From assembly GCA_013265495.1 (NCBI GenBank), contig MU057984.1:310001-374000 (forward strand): a DNA stretch of 64,000 nt, given 5' to 3'. A program made the translations under genes and the position numbers. The notes under the pieces are model-generated. The model was not told the DNA's origin and did no database searches. It saw nothing but the letters and a program-made list of their open reading frames with translations. How positions within the stretch are numbered: the stretch's first letter is position 1; every line of letters starts with the position of its first letter. Positions 39,405 through 53,560 of the stretch are shown here, one piece after another. This stretch comes from Vicugna vicugna (taxonomy: Eukaryota).

Positions 39405-41969
39405 CTAGTTTCAAAGAAAAGAAATATAAATTAGAGGATTTACAGATAAAATATATAAAAAGACCTAAAGCACAGTACATCAATTATTGAATTACTTAAA
39501 ACATCTTAAAATGTTATGAATTGACAATGACACTGAAATGGAGATACAGCAAACAGAATAGTGCTTTTAATCAAAGCAGCTTGACCTATGTGCTAAAAGA
39601 TGAATTAGATGTGTTCTAAATATAACAATGACCTCACAGCCTCAAAGGCTCCATAAAAGCTAGTCAGAGTCCAGAAAAATACTATGCACTAGAAATACTG
39701 GCTAATGTGACTAAGATATCATTCCTGACTTAAAGTATATAATGCAGTAAAAGATAACAAAAGTACACAAAGTACTAAGGGAAAAGATGGTAAGAGATTA
39801 TCAAGCAATAGCCCAAGGGAGGAAGTAGCACATGAGATGGCCTCAAAGAATGCTTGGATTTTAAATAGGCTGGTGGTATCGTGCGAAGAAAAGGAATATC
39901 CTACCAGAAAGGCAAAGAACTACAGGGCAAGGATATAGGAAGTATACTGTTTGTTCAGGAAAGAAGTACAATTTGCATCATGCATAAGGTAAGAAGGGAC
40001 AAGTAGTGGAGAAAAGACTAAGGAGGGCCAGGCCACATAGGGGTGGGCGTGGGTGTCAGAGCGAGAGACGTGATTTTGGAACAAGAAATAACACAAGAGT
40101 AACAATTCAGGCAGATCAGGTGCAGGGGAAGGAGGGTGCTTGGATGAGTACTTGGCCCAGAACAGACAATTCATAATAAGGCAGAAAATGTAATTGTACT
40201 GATAAACAAGATAAATTAGTGATGGCTGTTCGAAGAGATTTGAGATAGAATCCAGAATTACAGAGGAATAACACCAGGGACAATCAACATAGCCAGAATG
40301 TCTATTGAAGCCAAAATGTAGAGTCAGGAACAGAAGGAAGAAGGATTCTATCAGTTTATGTAGCATCTATGATCTCCTAGAAAAAGGTAGAGGTAGTGGG
40401 GAAGAAGTATTCATAGCGATGAAGTATTGGGATTGGTCTGTGACAAAGATTCAAAGACATATAAAACACCACTAATTAGCAAGCAACCCTGTCACTGTCA
40501 ATCAACACAGAGCTCCATACACTTCCATAAACTAAAGATCTACTATGACTTAGTGGCACACATTCCAAATGATCTGGGCCTGGTCTGAGAATGCTAACAG
40601 TGCCAGAGCCAAAGATACTTACTGTGTTATGTGAACTAAAGCACTTGACTCCGAAATTTAGTAGCAGTTACCAGAGAATAATGATAGCCCCTTGGATCAT
40701 CTGCTAGTCCATGTCCCCAAATACATTTTTTTTCCTTCTTTGAAAGATGAAAAAGGTTTGTTCTTTCTTGTTTTGTCAATAAGCAGTAACGCTAACCAAT
40801 AAAGGTGCCTCGGGAGGGAATTATTAGGAAGGGAAAGAGGAGCAGGTAGAAAGTTGCCAGTGAGTATGATTTGGGGGAAACTGAGAGATATACCAGGACC
40901 CCAAAGTTTCTCATCAGTACTCTGTCATCTCACATTTCTTCACTAAAGACAATGTTAGTCAACAAATGTAGGAAAATTATTCAACATAAGAACAAACTAA
41001 AAAATGGAATACAGAGTTTCCCACAAAGTGAAGAGTATGGCCCAGCTGGGCCCTGTATGATGGGCCAGCCTCCAGGTAGGATCCAAAGAGGACTATCAAG
41101 GATGATGGGAAATGTGCTTCTTGGGGAAGGGGTAGAATTAGTGGCAGAAGACTCTGGGCCCCAAGTCTGAGGTCAGTAAATGTCTTTTGAACACTGTTTT
41201 AGTGAATACAGCATAAAATAATGGAGGTAGCAATATAAAAGTATTCCAAAAACTCATCTTTGAAAAATATAAATGTGTAAGCACATTTGACTGTCCTTCA
41301 TGATTGGATTACTGCATTCTATTGGTTCTTATTTTGTAGTTGGCTTTATTCCTTTGACAACTATGTAAGTTTGAAAAGCTAAAGATCTAACCTGTTCTTA
41401 GAAACAATAATTAGTACAGATACGTAAAGTAAAAAGATGTGCAGTCTACTGTATATATGTATTTAAATGGAATATAATGTGTATGTGCAGTCAAACTGTA
41501 ATAATTCTACCTAATAAAACTGAAAAAGGAGAAAAAAAGAAAAATGTGTAATAGGATGAAGATGTAGTATTTTGGAAATGAAAAAAATGTTTACCTTAAT
41601 GGAAAAATATATTTGTTAATTAGGGTATTAGACTGAAAAACCACAGAAAAGAGCATTCTTACCTTTCTTTATGATAGATTTCAATGAAAATAATCTAAAG
41701 AAATTGTATTTTAGTCAACCCTAAGCTTAAAAAGCCAAACATCAAAATAAGTTAGGTGTGTTTAAACAAGATTTTCATGTGAGATACCTTTAAAAGGTAT
41801 AATCATTACTTTCTCTATACAGTTCTAACCTAGAAGAACTTCACTTGTATTGATCTATTTTTCCCCGATGATATTTTCCTACTGGACTAACAGAAGACAG
41901 GGAATTTAAAGAAAAAAAAGCCATAATAGAGAAAAATGGTGGAATAGAAATCTAGTAAACTAAATTTAA

Positions 41970-42065
41970 GTCCTGTTACAGCACACTGCCATAATCTTGA
42001 CTAAATCAACTGGTTTCCCTAGGCCTCAGTGTCCTCATCAGTAACTAGAAGAGATGAGATGGTCT
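41970..42065 (+). mobile_element. MIR fragment
   Basis: ccctaggcctcagtgtcctcatcagtaa matches the MIR core. Confidence 0.55.
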
Positions 42066-42199
42066 GGAGCTTCATGTTGGGTTTAATTTGCTATGATTTC
42101 AAGACATCACCACCTTTAAAACTAGACACCAACCATAACTAGCAGTACCCACTGACATGCTGTGTGATCCTACCGAGAATACCATTGATTGTCTTCCCA

Positions 42200-42650
42200 A
42201 TAACAATTTCATTCTTTCTTCTCTACTAAGAATCCCAATTTTTGTGGCTGTTTCATTACCTTCATCAAATATTGGTTTAACTATGAGCATGGGATGCAAT
42301 CATGGTCAATGATACACGATCGAAAGTAAACTGCAAGACCACTGGGAAAGCCTGCCTTATGGAACATCAGACGCACAAGAAGAGGTGCTATTCAACTAGC
42401 CCCAAGAATAGCTGTATGATGGTGTTACATAAGAATTTCAGTAGGAACTTTGTGGTTATTAGCACACATGCTTAAAACAAAGCCATTAGGCTGAGAAGGC
42501 TGAGCTGAGGAAAAATGAATCTCTGATACCTTTGTTGAGGAACTGAATAAATATTCCTATTATCTTCTACTGCCTGAATTCATCTTATTTAAATACTGAA
42601 TTTTTTAATTTTTTAAACACTTTTACTCATGAAGGCTGAAAGCATCCAAG
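42200..42650 (+). mobile_element. Old MLT1 (J/K-like) LTR
   Basis: ctactaagaatcccaattttt...gagcatgggatgcaatcatggtcaatga...gctgaaagcatcc. Confidence 0.45.
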
Positions 42651-44399
42651 TTGATATAAATGAACAAAATTTTTAAGAGAAAGGTTAGACTATCTGTTCA
42701 CCCTTAGCTTCCATTACTACTCAGTGAATTATGTGTAGTAAAATCTCCAGAAGTGTTAAATATATATCCATCTCTCTACATGAGGGAATAAAAAAAATTC
42801 TATGCTGAATCCAAATAATTTGCACAATATTTTTCCTTTAAATATAAAGCATGTCATGTAAGGGAGGATAGGTAGTGACTGTTATATTTCCAGCTGGCAG
42901 GATTCCTCAACAGGACATAACAGTGGCATAGAAACTTATCCAACTTATTCAATAGGTGTAAAGAAGGATATAATAAATAAGAAACTTAAACATTAATAAA
43001 TAAGTCCAATGGTGAATTTCACAAGATTCAAATATGGACCAGGGCTAAGCATCAGCATTAGCATTAATTCACTATGGTTAAGTTAATTTAAGGGTGATTT
43101 TTTTTTTAAACCTTGCCATTTAATGTAGTTAGTAAATTCAGTCTGATAAAAAATTAGGCAAATACAATTGGCTGGTTAAAAAGCTTTGTAACTATTAACT
43201 AAGTTAATTGTCAGTTTCTCCATTCATCAAATCTAGGGTATCTTCTCTACATTTTTATGTAGTAGATACACAAATATTAAAATCTTTTTTGGATACACAA
43301 TAAAATAAAGATTTTTCAGTCAATATATCTGAGGAAATCAAAAAGCAAAGGAGAGAATCACAGTGTATGATGAATTATATTTTCTCAACAAAGATATTTT
43401 AAGTTTCTTGTGAACCCCTACCAAATTCTCAAAGGTCACCTTAAATACCCAGTGTCCCACACAACTCTTCTTGGTTCACTTATCAGAATGGTTTCTCTTT
43501 CCCTTTGATTCCCATAGCACAGTTTCTATGTCTCTGTGGCATAAGCTATCTGCTTTGTACCAGCTTTTTTTCACATACTTGTCGCTATTAGTCAGTAGCA
43601 TTTCTGAAGACATGAGTGTGGTTAAACCATATCTGTATCCCTTGCAGGGTCTATCCAGTATATTTCATGGAGGAGATTCAATTTGTCAAACTGACAGGAA
43701 CTGTAATACTTTTCGTCCTCCAAACTAAAGTATTTAATTAGATTTTATCTTTGAAACTCTTATAAAAGAACTCTCTGATCAAAATCCTTGATTACAGTAT
43801 CTCTTTACAACTCTACCAATATAAAAGATAAATGTCAGACCTGGTAGAAGCTGACTTTACATGTAAGTGGCTTTAATATGAGGAAAAAGCAAGCTATTAT
43901 GAAACATCATTTCTCTAGCAGGTGTAAGGAAGCACCTTATACTGAGCCACAGGTGGGCACTGGCATCATCAATTTCTCTGCATCACAGAATGGAAAACTC
44001 AAGTTACTTGTGTGGTCCTTCTGTGTCCTTTTGTGGCTGGTCACCAATCTTGGAAACCTCACAATGTCTCCTATATCAGTTTATTTTAAGTCCCCCTTAA
44101 AATGAGATGAGTAGAGAAAATATTTTTTCCTTAGTCAACTGAAACTGCATTTTTATTGTTCTGTATTCCTTGTCTCCTTTCCCTTTCCTCTCAGTCCATC
44201 CTCAGCACTGTTATAGGAGTAAACACCTTTATCCTCATAAGACCCACATGGTAAACTCCTGACTTTTTACCCTGATATCCAAAATCCCAATACATGTCGA
44301 TGTCTATTTTTCCATTCCCAAACTTCAGCTATGACAACCTTTTCACACAATTTTCTTCATGTATGTTGTTTGTCCACATTCTACATTCTGCTTATGCCT

Positions 44400-44690
44400 C
44401 TAGGTACACACGTTCCTTCTCTCTTACCACTACCAACCCAAATCCAACCTGTCATTCAAGACCCCAAATAAGTCCTGCCTTCTCCAGGAAGCCTTTAGTG
44501 GATCAATCTAGAGCATACTGGTCTCTTCCTTTATCTGAGTTAAACATTTTATTTTTTTCCTACACTGACAATTAAATTAGTAGAACATTATTTATCATTT
44601 AACTTGCATATATGTTGATAATTCAATGAGCTTGTATATTCTTCAAAGTCAGGAATCAATTTGTTATGCTACTTCATTACTCTAAAGTAA
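44400..44690 (+). mobile_element. L2 3' fragment
   Basis: tcattcaagaccccaaataagtcctgccttctccaggaagcctt. Confidence 0.55.
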
Positions 44691-45149
44691 CAAAGGGCTC
44701 AAAAATGGTAAGCATATAATACGGTTTCTATTGTTGCTATCGAGGACATGATGTGAAAGGCCTGATGGAATTAGAAGTTGGAGGTCCAAACATAAGAAAA
44801 ATCTACATTGACATTGTGACCTCAAGACAAATATTTATTTTAAAACAAAGTCAAACATTTTCTTTTTTCTTACTAAATAAGATGATAATATAACATCTCT
44901 ATTCAAACAACTATGCTTTTTAAATTCATTCTTAGGGCTCAGGTAATACTAATAAAGCACTTAAACTTTATTGCCATGGTTCAAGAAGACTGGACCTATC
45001 ACTAGAACTACTTGCTTATTATGCATACTTAGATGTACATAATTACACACACTGAAAAATATCCAGTGATTTCAATGAGGTCATAGTTCAATTTCCCCAT
45101 TTTAGCAATATCCTATGAAAAGACTATTTCAATTTAGCTTTAAAATAAA

Positions 45150-45915
45150 CAAAGGAATATGATAAAGGAGTTGATTAACATTTTTATAAAGATGATATAA
45201 CAAATGGTCAACAGGTACATTAAAAAGATGCTTAACGTCACTAATCATGATGGAAATGTAAATCAAAACCACTAGGAGATACCACCTCACACCTGTTAGA
45301 ATGGCTATCACTGAAAATACAAGAGATAACAAGTGTTAGTGGGGAGGTGGAGAAAAGGGAACCCTTGTATACTGTTGGTGGGAATGCGAATTGGTACAGC
45401 CATTATGGAAAACAGTATGGAGATTCTTCAAAAAACTAAAAATAGAAACACTATATGGTCTAGCAATCCGATTCCTAAGTATTGTATGATTTCAGTTATA
45501 TGCAGGACCTAAAAAAGCCAAACTCAAAAAACCAGAGAGTTAAATGATGGTCACCAGCGGATGCAGATGGGGGAAATGAGGAGATGTTGGTCAAAAGGCA
45601 CAAACCTTCAGTTATGAGATGACTAAGTCTGGAGGATGTAATGTAAAATATGGTCATTATACTTAATAATATTCTGGACTGTACACTTGAAATTGATTAA
45701 GAGAGTAGATCTTAAGTTTTCTCACCAAAAACAAAAAAAGGTAACTATGTGAGGTGCTGGATGTTGATATGTTAATTAACTTGATCATGATAATCATTTC
45801 ATATTATATATGTATATTAAATAATCACATTATATACCTTAAAAATCACATTGTACAAACTAAATACATGTAAGTTTTATTTGCCAATCATACCTAATAA
45901 AGCTAGAAAAAATAA
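45150..45915 (+). mobile_element. L1 (L1MA-like) 3' end with internal deletion
   Basis: ataccacctcacacctgttagaatggctatc; gagagtagatcttaag; ends cctaataaagctagaaaaaat. Confidence 0.88.
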
Positions 45916-45965
45916 GAGAAGAAATTCATAAAATATTTATAGATGTGTGCTTTTAAGGCACCTAC

Positions 45966-46082
45966 CTGTATGTCCATGTCAAAGCCAATCTCACGGAGAA
46001 CATTCACAATAATCAAGCAATTGTGCAGATACTGTTCAGAACTTTTCGGTTGTGTGTACATATTTACAAAATGAGACTCAAT
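45966..46082 (-). CDS. CFAP47: CFAP47 coding exon (117 nt, phase 0 to 0)
   Basis: ttccag acceptor; IESHFVNMYTQPKSSEQYLHNCLIIVNVLREIGFDMDIQ; donor CAG|GTAGGT; 287-nt intron to the previous exon. Confidence 0.93.
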
Positions 46083-46369
46083 CTGGAAAAGACAACAATC
46101 AAACCTTTTAGAAATGGAATAAAAATTACTGCTTTTTAACTGTTCTCTGTAGTTCAGCAAAGAATAATTTAAATACTAACATTTGTCACAAGCAGACTAT
46201 TGCAATCAAAATACAAGAATAAACAAAAAGGGAATGCTAGCCATTCAGATGCAGGTGTGACTAAAAATTAAAATACTTAAAAGAATTACTTTGCAGAAAA
46301 TATTTTGAATTATAATTACTAAGTTCTTTCAAATAAGAGAAGGCTACTCCACATAAAAATGACTCTTAC

Positions 46370-46467
46370 CAAAAATGGGCAATAGGCTCCCAACAGCGTT
46401 GCAAAAACAAGGCCATCTACAAGGTCTCTATCAAAATTTACTATCCATCTTTCAGACGGAATAACAC
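46370..46467 (-). CDS. CFAP47: CFAP47 coding exon (98 nt, phase 1 to 0), CH-like domain
   Basis: aaacag acceptor; (G)VIPSERWIVNFDRDLVDGLVFATLLGAYCPFL, containing the CH motif NF-x-x-D-L-x-DG; donor TTG|GTAAGA; phase fits the previous exon. Confidence 0.93.
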
Positions 46468-48029
46468 CTGTTTCAAAAAACAGAGAGAATAAATATAACA
46501 AGAATTTTGCTTTCCTAAAAATATCTTCTTACGGACATTTGACCAACAGTCAACGAAAACAGTGCCTTTGCCTAGAAGAGAAAAAGCATGATATTTTGGA
46601 AATAAAAGCAAAGCTTAAACCTCAGAAGCTTAATAACAAGCATGTATCTGTAACATATTATGGGCAACTGCAGGCTGTCTCCTTTATTTCTACTGCAGCC
46701 ACTTTAAAGAATAACTACCATACAGTAATGGAAGAAAAATCCAATATTTCAAAATTAACCATTCTGTTGAGTACTCTGAAGTTCAAATGTTTGATCAATG
46801 ATCATCAACATGGGTAAGGAGGTTCAGAAGGCATGGGGCTTTCTGTAACTCTAAAGTTTCAGGGCCAGTTTCGCTATGTTGCATTAATTTCTCCACATGT
46901 AGGGTAAGTATGGGGAAGGGGTTAGAGATTTACAGCTTAAAGAAACAAGAGCTGACCTATAAAAGACAACACAAGATGGAAGACTAATAAAAGGGATTTT
47001 CAGTTACAGAAATGACTGCTATGTTGAGATTAGAAAAAAAAGTGAAAGTATCTGGATATTTAGATAAAGAGACTGTCCTATACTAGGGAGGGTGGGAGGG
47101 TGATTTAGACATCAGAAATTACTGCTACGTTGAATGTGACATTTTCTTTTTTAAAATGTTTCCAAAGGGACCTAGGGTTTGAAATGACTTCTTGTTTGAA
47201 GACAAGGGGAAAAACGTAATCTTCATAAATCCCCGCAAATCCTTTGATTCCCATTTTCTGTGAAGAAATCATGATGGGATATGTTCATGACATGTATGTA
47301 ACTTCACAAAGTAGGGCTGTTTTACATCTGGATCTGGAAGACTTAATTTTTTTCCAGAACCATAGATGTCCCTGATACTTCACAGAAACAGTGCCTGGTG
47401 CATTTTCAACTGAGATGCTGCAAACTTGGAAGTTTCTACACAATTTCTATAGCAGATTATTGCCAAATCAGCCTAGCAAACAAAAATCACTAAGAATTTT
47501 CAACTAACATACAGCTAACAACATATTTTTCCAAGTACTTTATTCCTGACAGAAACCTATAAATTATTGTATGTCTGATAGAAGACGTGATACAATCAAA
47601 GTAATTACTGTAAAATGGACACTTCCAGTTTGCTGAATAATTATAACCTAAATGTACTTCTTGATGTATATTTGCCACCCATGATTTTTAATGAAAGCAA
47701 AGGGTCTCAACTCTGTAGCCAATATTCATTTTTCTATGAACTAGAAACAATTCTAACTTTAGTCTGAAAAAGGCAATTTACTAGCCCTTTAAATTTGTAG
47801 TGAGTCAGTCAGTTAGCAGTGGATATAGACTGTGTCCCCTAAATATCCCATCCTTATTTTGTACCGACATCAGAGAAGGGATAGAAATTCCCCTGTAAGG
47901 GTTTAACATCTTCTTGAGGGAAGATTACACCCACAAGATGAAAATAACTAATGAAAAATTTCCTAACTAAAGAAGCATTTTCTAACTAGAAGCTAATGAG
48001 TAGATAACAATATAGCAAAACCTAAGTGT

Positions 48030-48880
48030 TATACTGTTACTTTCGGCTCCACCAACTACAATCCAGCACCACAGGATTCATTATGACCTTCCTTTCCCCT
48101 TTCCTCATTTCTAAGTTCTTTTTTTCAACAGTGAAAAACCTGGCTCTCACTATCTAAAACAGATTTACTTTGTTAATTGTTCAGCCACAGTAGACGTACA
48201 TAGCATTTTTAAAATTGCAAAGCCATCCCCTTATGAGAAACCAGAGAAACATACATATGTAGAGTTCTTTTTGTCTTTAGTTCTACACTATGCAGTCATG
48301 GTATTGTATTCAAGAGATAATTAAGTCAGTGCCTTTCTTTTCCATCACATTCAGTGAGGTTGTCAAACACTTGTAATGCAGTTAGATTCATCTGTCACAG
48401 TCTGCATTCCATCTTGGATTACTACTTCTATGTATTGGTTGATTAAAAAAAAAACAGACACACTAACATTCACCCTTTGTGGATTTTGAGAGAGATACTG
48501 TCATGTATTTACCACCACATTTCCACACAGAAAAGTCTGGTCACCCTCAAAATTTTAGAGTCAAAATGTGTCACAGGATTTTCATGGAGATTACATTGAA
48601 CCTTTAGATCAGTTTGACATCATAACAGTATTTAGTCTTCCAATGTCATGTGCATGGTATATTTCTCTATTTAGTTATCTCTGATTTTTTTCATCAATGT
48701 TTTGTAATGTTCAGCACATACATCGCACAGATATTTCCTTAGGTTTATACTTAAGCCACTTTATTCTATGGTAAATTATATGTATATAATTTCAAATTCC
48801 AATTGTTTACTGCCATTATATAGAAATAGAATTTATTTTTGTATACTGATCATATATCCATTCTACAACCTTGATAAACT
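48030..48880 (-). mobile_element. Old L1 fragments, reverse orientation
   Basis: gattacattgaacctttagatcagttt...agtcttccaat...catggtatatttctc...aaatagaatttattttttgtatactga is reversed ORF2. Confidence 0.6.
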
Positions 48881-49111
48881 CTTACACCAGTTTATCCTTA
48901 GGGCCCTGGTGAAAACTCACTGCAGCTACCAAAAAACTTAAAATAACAACAACAACAAAAAAACCCATCTCTAACCCTGGGAATGAGGCTGGAATTTGAC
49001 ATGACAGTCAAGTAGAAAATCCCAAAAAATCTATAGAGAAGCTTCTAGAACTATAGTATGTTTTTATGTTAGTTCCTTTGATCTAGGCCACTCTCCTCTC
49101 TACTCCAAGGT

Positions 49112-49278
49112 TTTGCTCCCCAATGTGTGCTATGTGAATCAGCAGCACTTTCATCAACTGAAAGCTTGTTGGAAATGGAGAATTTCAGGCCCCACCCAAT
49201 ACCTACTAAAACATAAAATCAGTTTAACACGATCTCCAAGTGATTTACACTCACATTACTGTCAGGGAAATGTTGGTC
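49112..49278. mobile_element. MER5A-like MITE
   Basis: agcttgttggaaatggagaatttcaggccccaccca...tttaacacgatctccaagtgatt. Confidence 0.7.
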
Positions 49279-49594
49279 TAGGGTTGTTATTTGGAGAGAG
49301 AACCAGCAGTCTAATCTGGTCCCCGTTTGTCAGGAATCAGAAAATTCAAGTGATGGTCTGCAGATTTTTAAAAATTTTAATTTGAAAGTTATATTTTTAT
49401 GTTTTTAGATTATATCATGTCAAATATTCAGAAATATTACATTGATAAAAATGCTGGTCTTAACAGTATTGTGAATTAGAGATATGGCTATTAAACATAA
49501 AATTGAATCATTTTACACACTGAAGGACTAAGTGCATTCACTTATTTCTACCAATATAATTATATAAATATTTTGGTGATTGTAACAGGATATT

Positions 49595-50865
49595 TTTATA
49601 ACAGCTTTATTAATATATAATTAACATATAATAAATTTCACCTAATTCAACTGTCCAGTCCATTGTTGTTTATTGTTTTCAGAGTTGTGAGATCATTACC
49701 ACTATATAATTTTAGAATATTTCTGCCAACATATAAAGAAACCCAAACCTATTAGCTGTCAGTTACTTCCTATTTCCTTCTGCCCTCATCCCCTGGAAAA
49801 AACTAACCCACTTCTGACGCTATGATTTGTCTATTCTGGACATGTCACAAACATGGAATCATAAAATATGTATCCTTTTCTGTTCTGGCTTCTTTCATTC
49901 AGCATAATGTTTTCAAGGTTAAAGGGTGTGGCATGAATCAGTGCTTCATTCCTTTATATGGCTAAGTAATATTCCACTCTATGAATATACCATATTTTGT
50001 TTATCCATTCATCAGTTTATGGGTATTTGGATTATTTCCACTTTTTGATTATTATAAATAATACTGCTATAAACATTTATATAAGAGTTTTTGTGTGAAC
50101 ATGTTCTCAGTTATCTTCAGTATAACCCAATGAGTGAAATTTCTAGAATATATTGTTAATCTACTTTCAATATTTTAAAGAAACTGCTGTTTTCCAAAGT
50201 GGTTGCACACCAGTTTACAATCTATCTAGCAATGTATGAGGTTCTAATATTCATAAATCTTTACCAACACTTGTCATAGTATGTATTTCCTTTTTGTGTG
50301 TGTAATTTTAGTCTTACTAGTTGGTGTCAAGTGCTACATCACTGTGGTTTTTGCTTTGCATTTCTCTAATGACTAGTTACATACAGCATCTTTTCATGTG
50401 CTCATCGGCCATCTATCTTCTAATTTGTAGAAATGTCTATTCAAATCCTTTGCCCATTTTTTAATTGGGTTTTTTTTTCTTTTTTTTAGTTTTATTTATT
50501 TATTTCTATTTGCAGGAGGTACTGGGGATTAAACCCAGGATCTTGTGCATACTAAGCATGCACTCTAACACTTGAGCTATACCTTCCCCCCTGTTTTCTT
50601 ATTGTTGAGTTTTAAGTGTTTTTTGTATATTCTTGGTGAAGTCTCCTGCTAGATATGTGATCTTTCTATTGCTCTGTCCTCTGAAATGTTTTTTTTTTCC
50701 TTTTTATGCCATTAATGTGGTGTATCACATTGACTGGTATTTATATGCTAAACCAATATTTTATTCCTGGGATAAATCTCATCTGGTAATTTTAATGAAT
50801 TCTTTTTAAATGATGCTGGATTCTGTTTGCTAGTAGTTTTGAGGATTTGTGTGCCTGTATTTATA
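49595..50865 (-). mobile_element. L1 (L1MB-like) 3' end, reverse, hosting a SINE
   Basis: acagctttattaatatataatt...ttctggcttctttcattcagcataatgttttcaaggtt...gcatttctctaatgactag. Confidence 0.85.
50470..50591 (-). mobile_element. tRNA-derived SINE (camelid Vic-1-like)
   Basis: Reverse complement GGGGGGAAGGTATAGCTCAAGTGTTAGAGTGCATGCTTAGTATGCACAAGATCCTGGGTTTAATCCCCAGTACCTCC plus A-rich tail. Confidence 0.88.
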
Positions 50866-51949
50866 ACAGATAACATAGTATATTTTAAGTTGGTTTTTAA
50901 AACACTTTGGAAATGCAATATAATCCATGCTTTAATGCAGAAATCATCTTGCTTCTAAAGGTAGCTAAACTATTAGGATATGTGAACTCTAAATAATTAT
51001 AAAATCAGCTGCATATAATAATGATAAGATCAGCCACATGAGATTGAGGTAATGTATATTATACTTAGTAGAATTTCCATATAAGTGCATCATTGAACTA
51101 GAAAGAAAGTAAAGACACTTCTGTACCAAGGTGATAATTATTATGGAGAAATAGTAATTAAAAGCACAAGAAGGTATAAGAATACAATATCAAATGTAAG
51201 AAAGAAAATAATTACAGCAGTTGCATATGATTAATAAGAGTATGCTAATACATTTTTAAAATTTAGATGATTTTCAGTAATTTAAGAAGTCACAAAATCT
51301 TACTCAGTGGAAAAAAGAAAATAAGAATAATCTTATTACAATTGAAGAATTGACTTAGTTAAAACCATCCCTCTTAGAAATAATAGGTCCAGATGGTTTT
51401 ATCAATAAATTCTACAAAACTTAAGAAATAAGCAATTTCACTATTATAGAAACTCTTACGAAAGAGGGACTCTTCTCCAAGTAATCACGGAGGTTTGCAT
51501 AAAATTATAACAAAAGACTAAAATGTATATAAAATTTTACAAATTGTAACTCATGTAAATTGAAGCAAAAATTAAAGTATTAGTAAACTAATTCTAGCAA
51601 AGTATTAAAAAAATTATTAGCTATCATGGCAAAATTGAATTTGTTCCAGGATTGCAAGTTTAGTTTACATTTAAAAATTAATTTAACTTACCATATTAAA
51701 ATATGTAGATACATATCTATCTATCTAGATAATTCATAGTATTCATTATAAAAATGCATATATATGTGTATATATATTGTTTATGACTCTTTCTTTAACT
51801 ATTTTTTCAGTTCAGTGAACAACTAAGGGCTCCAATCACAAAGATAATAGGGTTTTAATGAATCAAGTTGTGAAAGTGTTGAAAAAATTCTCACCTGCCA
51901 CCTCAGAGGCTAGATTTAATTCCAAGGCCCAGGCAGCTGACTTCTTTCT

Positions 51950-52066
51950 ACTAGAATATAATTTACATGACAGAAGGGATTTGGGCTCTTTTGTTCTCTG
52001 CTGCATCTCTAATCCCCAGAACAGGGCTGGGCATATATATTGGTTCCTAATAAATATTTGTTAAAC
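51950..52066 (+). mobile_element. L2 3' end
   Basis: cagaacagggctgggcatatatattggttcctaataaatatttgttaaa. Confidence 0.65.
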
Positions 52067-52669
52067 AAATATTTTTAGTAGCTTCTGTTCTTGCCAGAAT
52101 TTTAAAAAATGAATTATCATCCCAAACTCAGATTAACTTACTTTTTCTTCAAGTTACTTTACATTCTTTGTCTTTACACTTACTTTTCCATAGAGTTATA
52201 ATTCATTTTTAGTATACAGTACAGAGTTAACTTTACCTTAATTACAAAGTATCAGCCAACTGACATAGCACTATTTACCAAATGAACTAATATATTTATT
52301 ATGGATTTTGAAATGTCACATTCATACTAAATTCTATTATATGCTTTCATTGTTCTGAGTCTCCAGTTATGTTGAATGCAATGATAAATATTCCTATGAT
52401 ATAAAAATATTTTAATATTAAATAATATTAATTATTGAATATTTATTTTTATAATACATTTTCTTCAACTTTTTCTCTGTATTATTGTTTTTAAATTTTA
52501 TTATTACAATGCCAACTCTGGAAGCCTGGCAAATGAATAAACCATCTAATTTTAGAAAAACATGGTGGTGGATAGGGTTGAGAGGCTCTTATGTTATTAC
52601 ATTTTAAAGTATAATAAAAAGACAAAGTTAAAGAAAAAACACTGCAGACTGAAAATACTGAATGTACAA

Positions 52670-53560
52670 CACCATCAGTCACTAAGGAATGCAATTCATA
52701 CCAAATAAAATACCACTTCACACACATCTAATGACTGTAGTCAGTCACAAGTGTTGGTGAGGATGTGTACAAACTGGAACCTTCATACACTGATGGTGAG
52801 AAAGGAAAATGGTACAGGCACTTTAGTAAACTGTTTAGAAATTTCTCAAAATGTTAAACATTCAGCTATCATATGACCCAGAGATTCCACTCCTATGACT
52901 CACTCAAGTAAAATGAAAACACAGCTATACAAAAATTTGTACATGAATGTTCATGGCAGCATTATTTGTAACAGCCAAAAAGTAGAAACACCCCAACTAT
53001 CTAGCAAATGATAAATGGAAAAACAAAATGTGGTACAGGCATACAACAGAATATTATATATAAATGTATGAACCTTGAATAAGTGAAAAAACACAGTCTC
53101 AAAGATAATTATTATATAATTCCATTTTATGACATATCCAGAATAAATAAATCCATAGAGACACAAGCTAGATTAGTGCTTTCTTGGTGCTAGGGGAGTA
53201 AAAGTGACTGCTAATAGCTATATCCTATATCTGTTGGGGGATGATGAAAATGTTCTAAAATTAGACTGTGATGATGGTTGCACAATTCTATCAACATTTT
53301 GAAAACAATTAAATCATACACTGTAAATGGATGAATATTTTATGGTATTGGAGTTATATCTCAATAAACTATTAAAAATACACTTACCATACGATTCAGC
53401 AATTCCACGCCAAGGTATTTACCTCATAGAAATGGAAACATATCTCTCTAAAAGACTTGTATGTAAATGTTCATAGAGGCTTTATTCATAAGAGCCACAA
53501 AATGGAAACAACACAAATGTCTACCATTCAGTTAAGGAATAAAAAAATTATAGAATGTAC
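52670..53560 (+). mobile_element. L1 (L1MB/MC-like) 3' end plus adjacent older L1 fragment
   Basis: aagtgttggtgaggatgtg...gatgatgaaaatgttctaaaattagactgtgatgatggttgcacaa...tatatctcaataaa. Confidence 0.8.

Noticed and set aside
39920..40366. 148-aa minus-strand ORF near a real exon
   Set aside because: Partly overlaps L2-like sequence, and the flanking CFAP47 exons join seamlessly (DMDIQ-ATDIC) without it.
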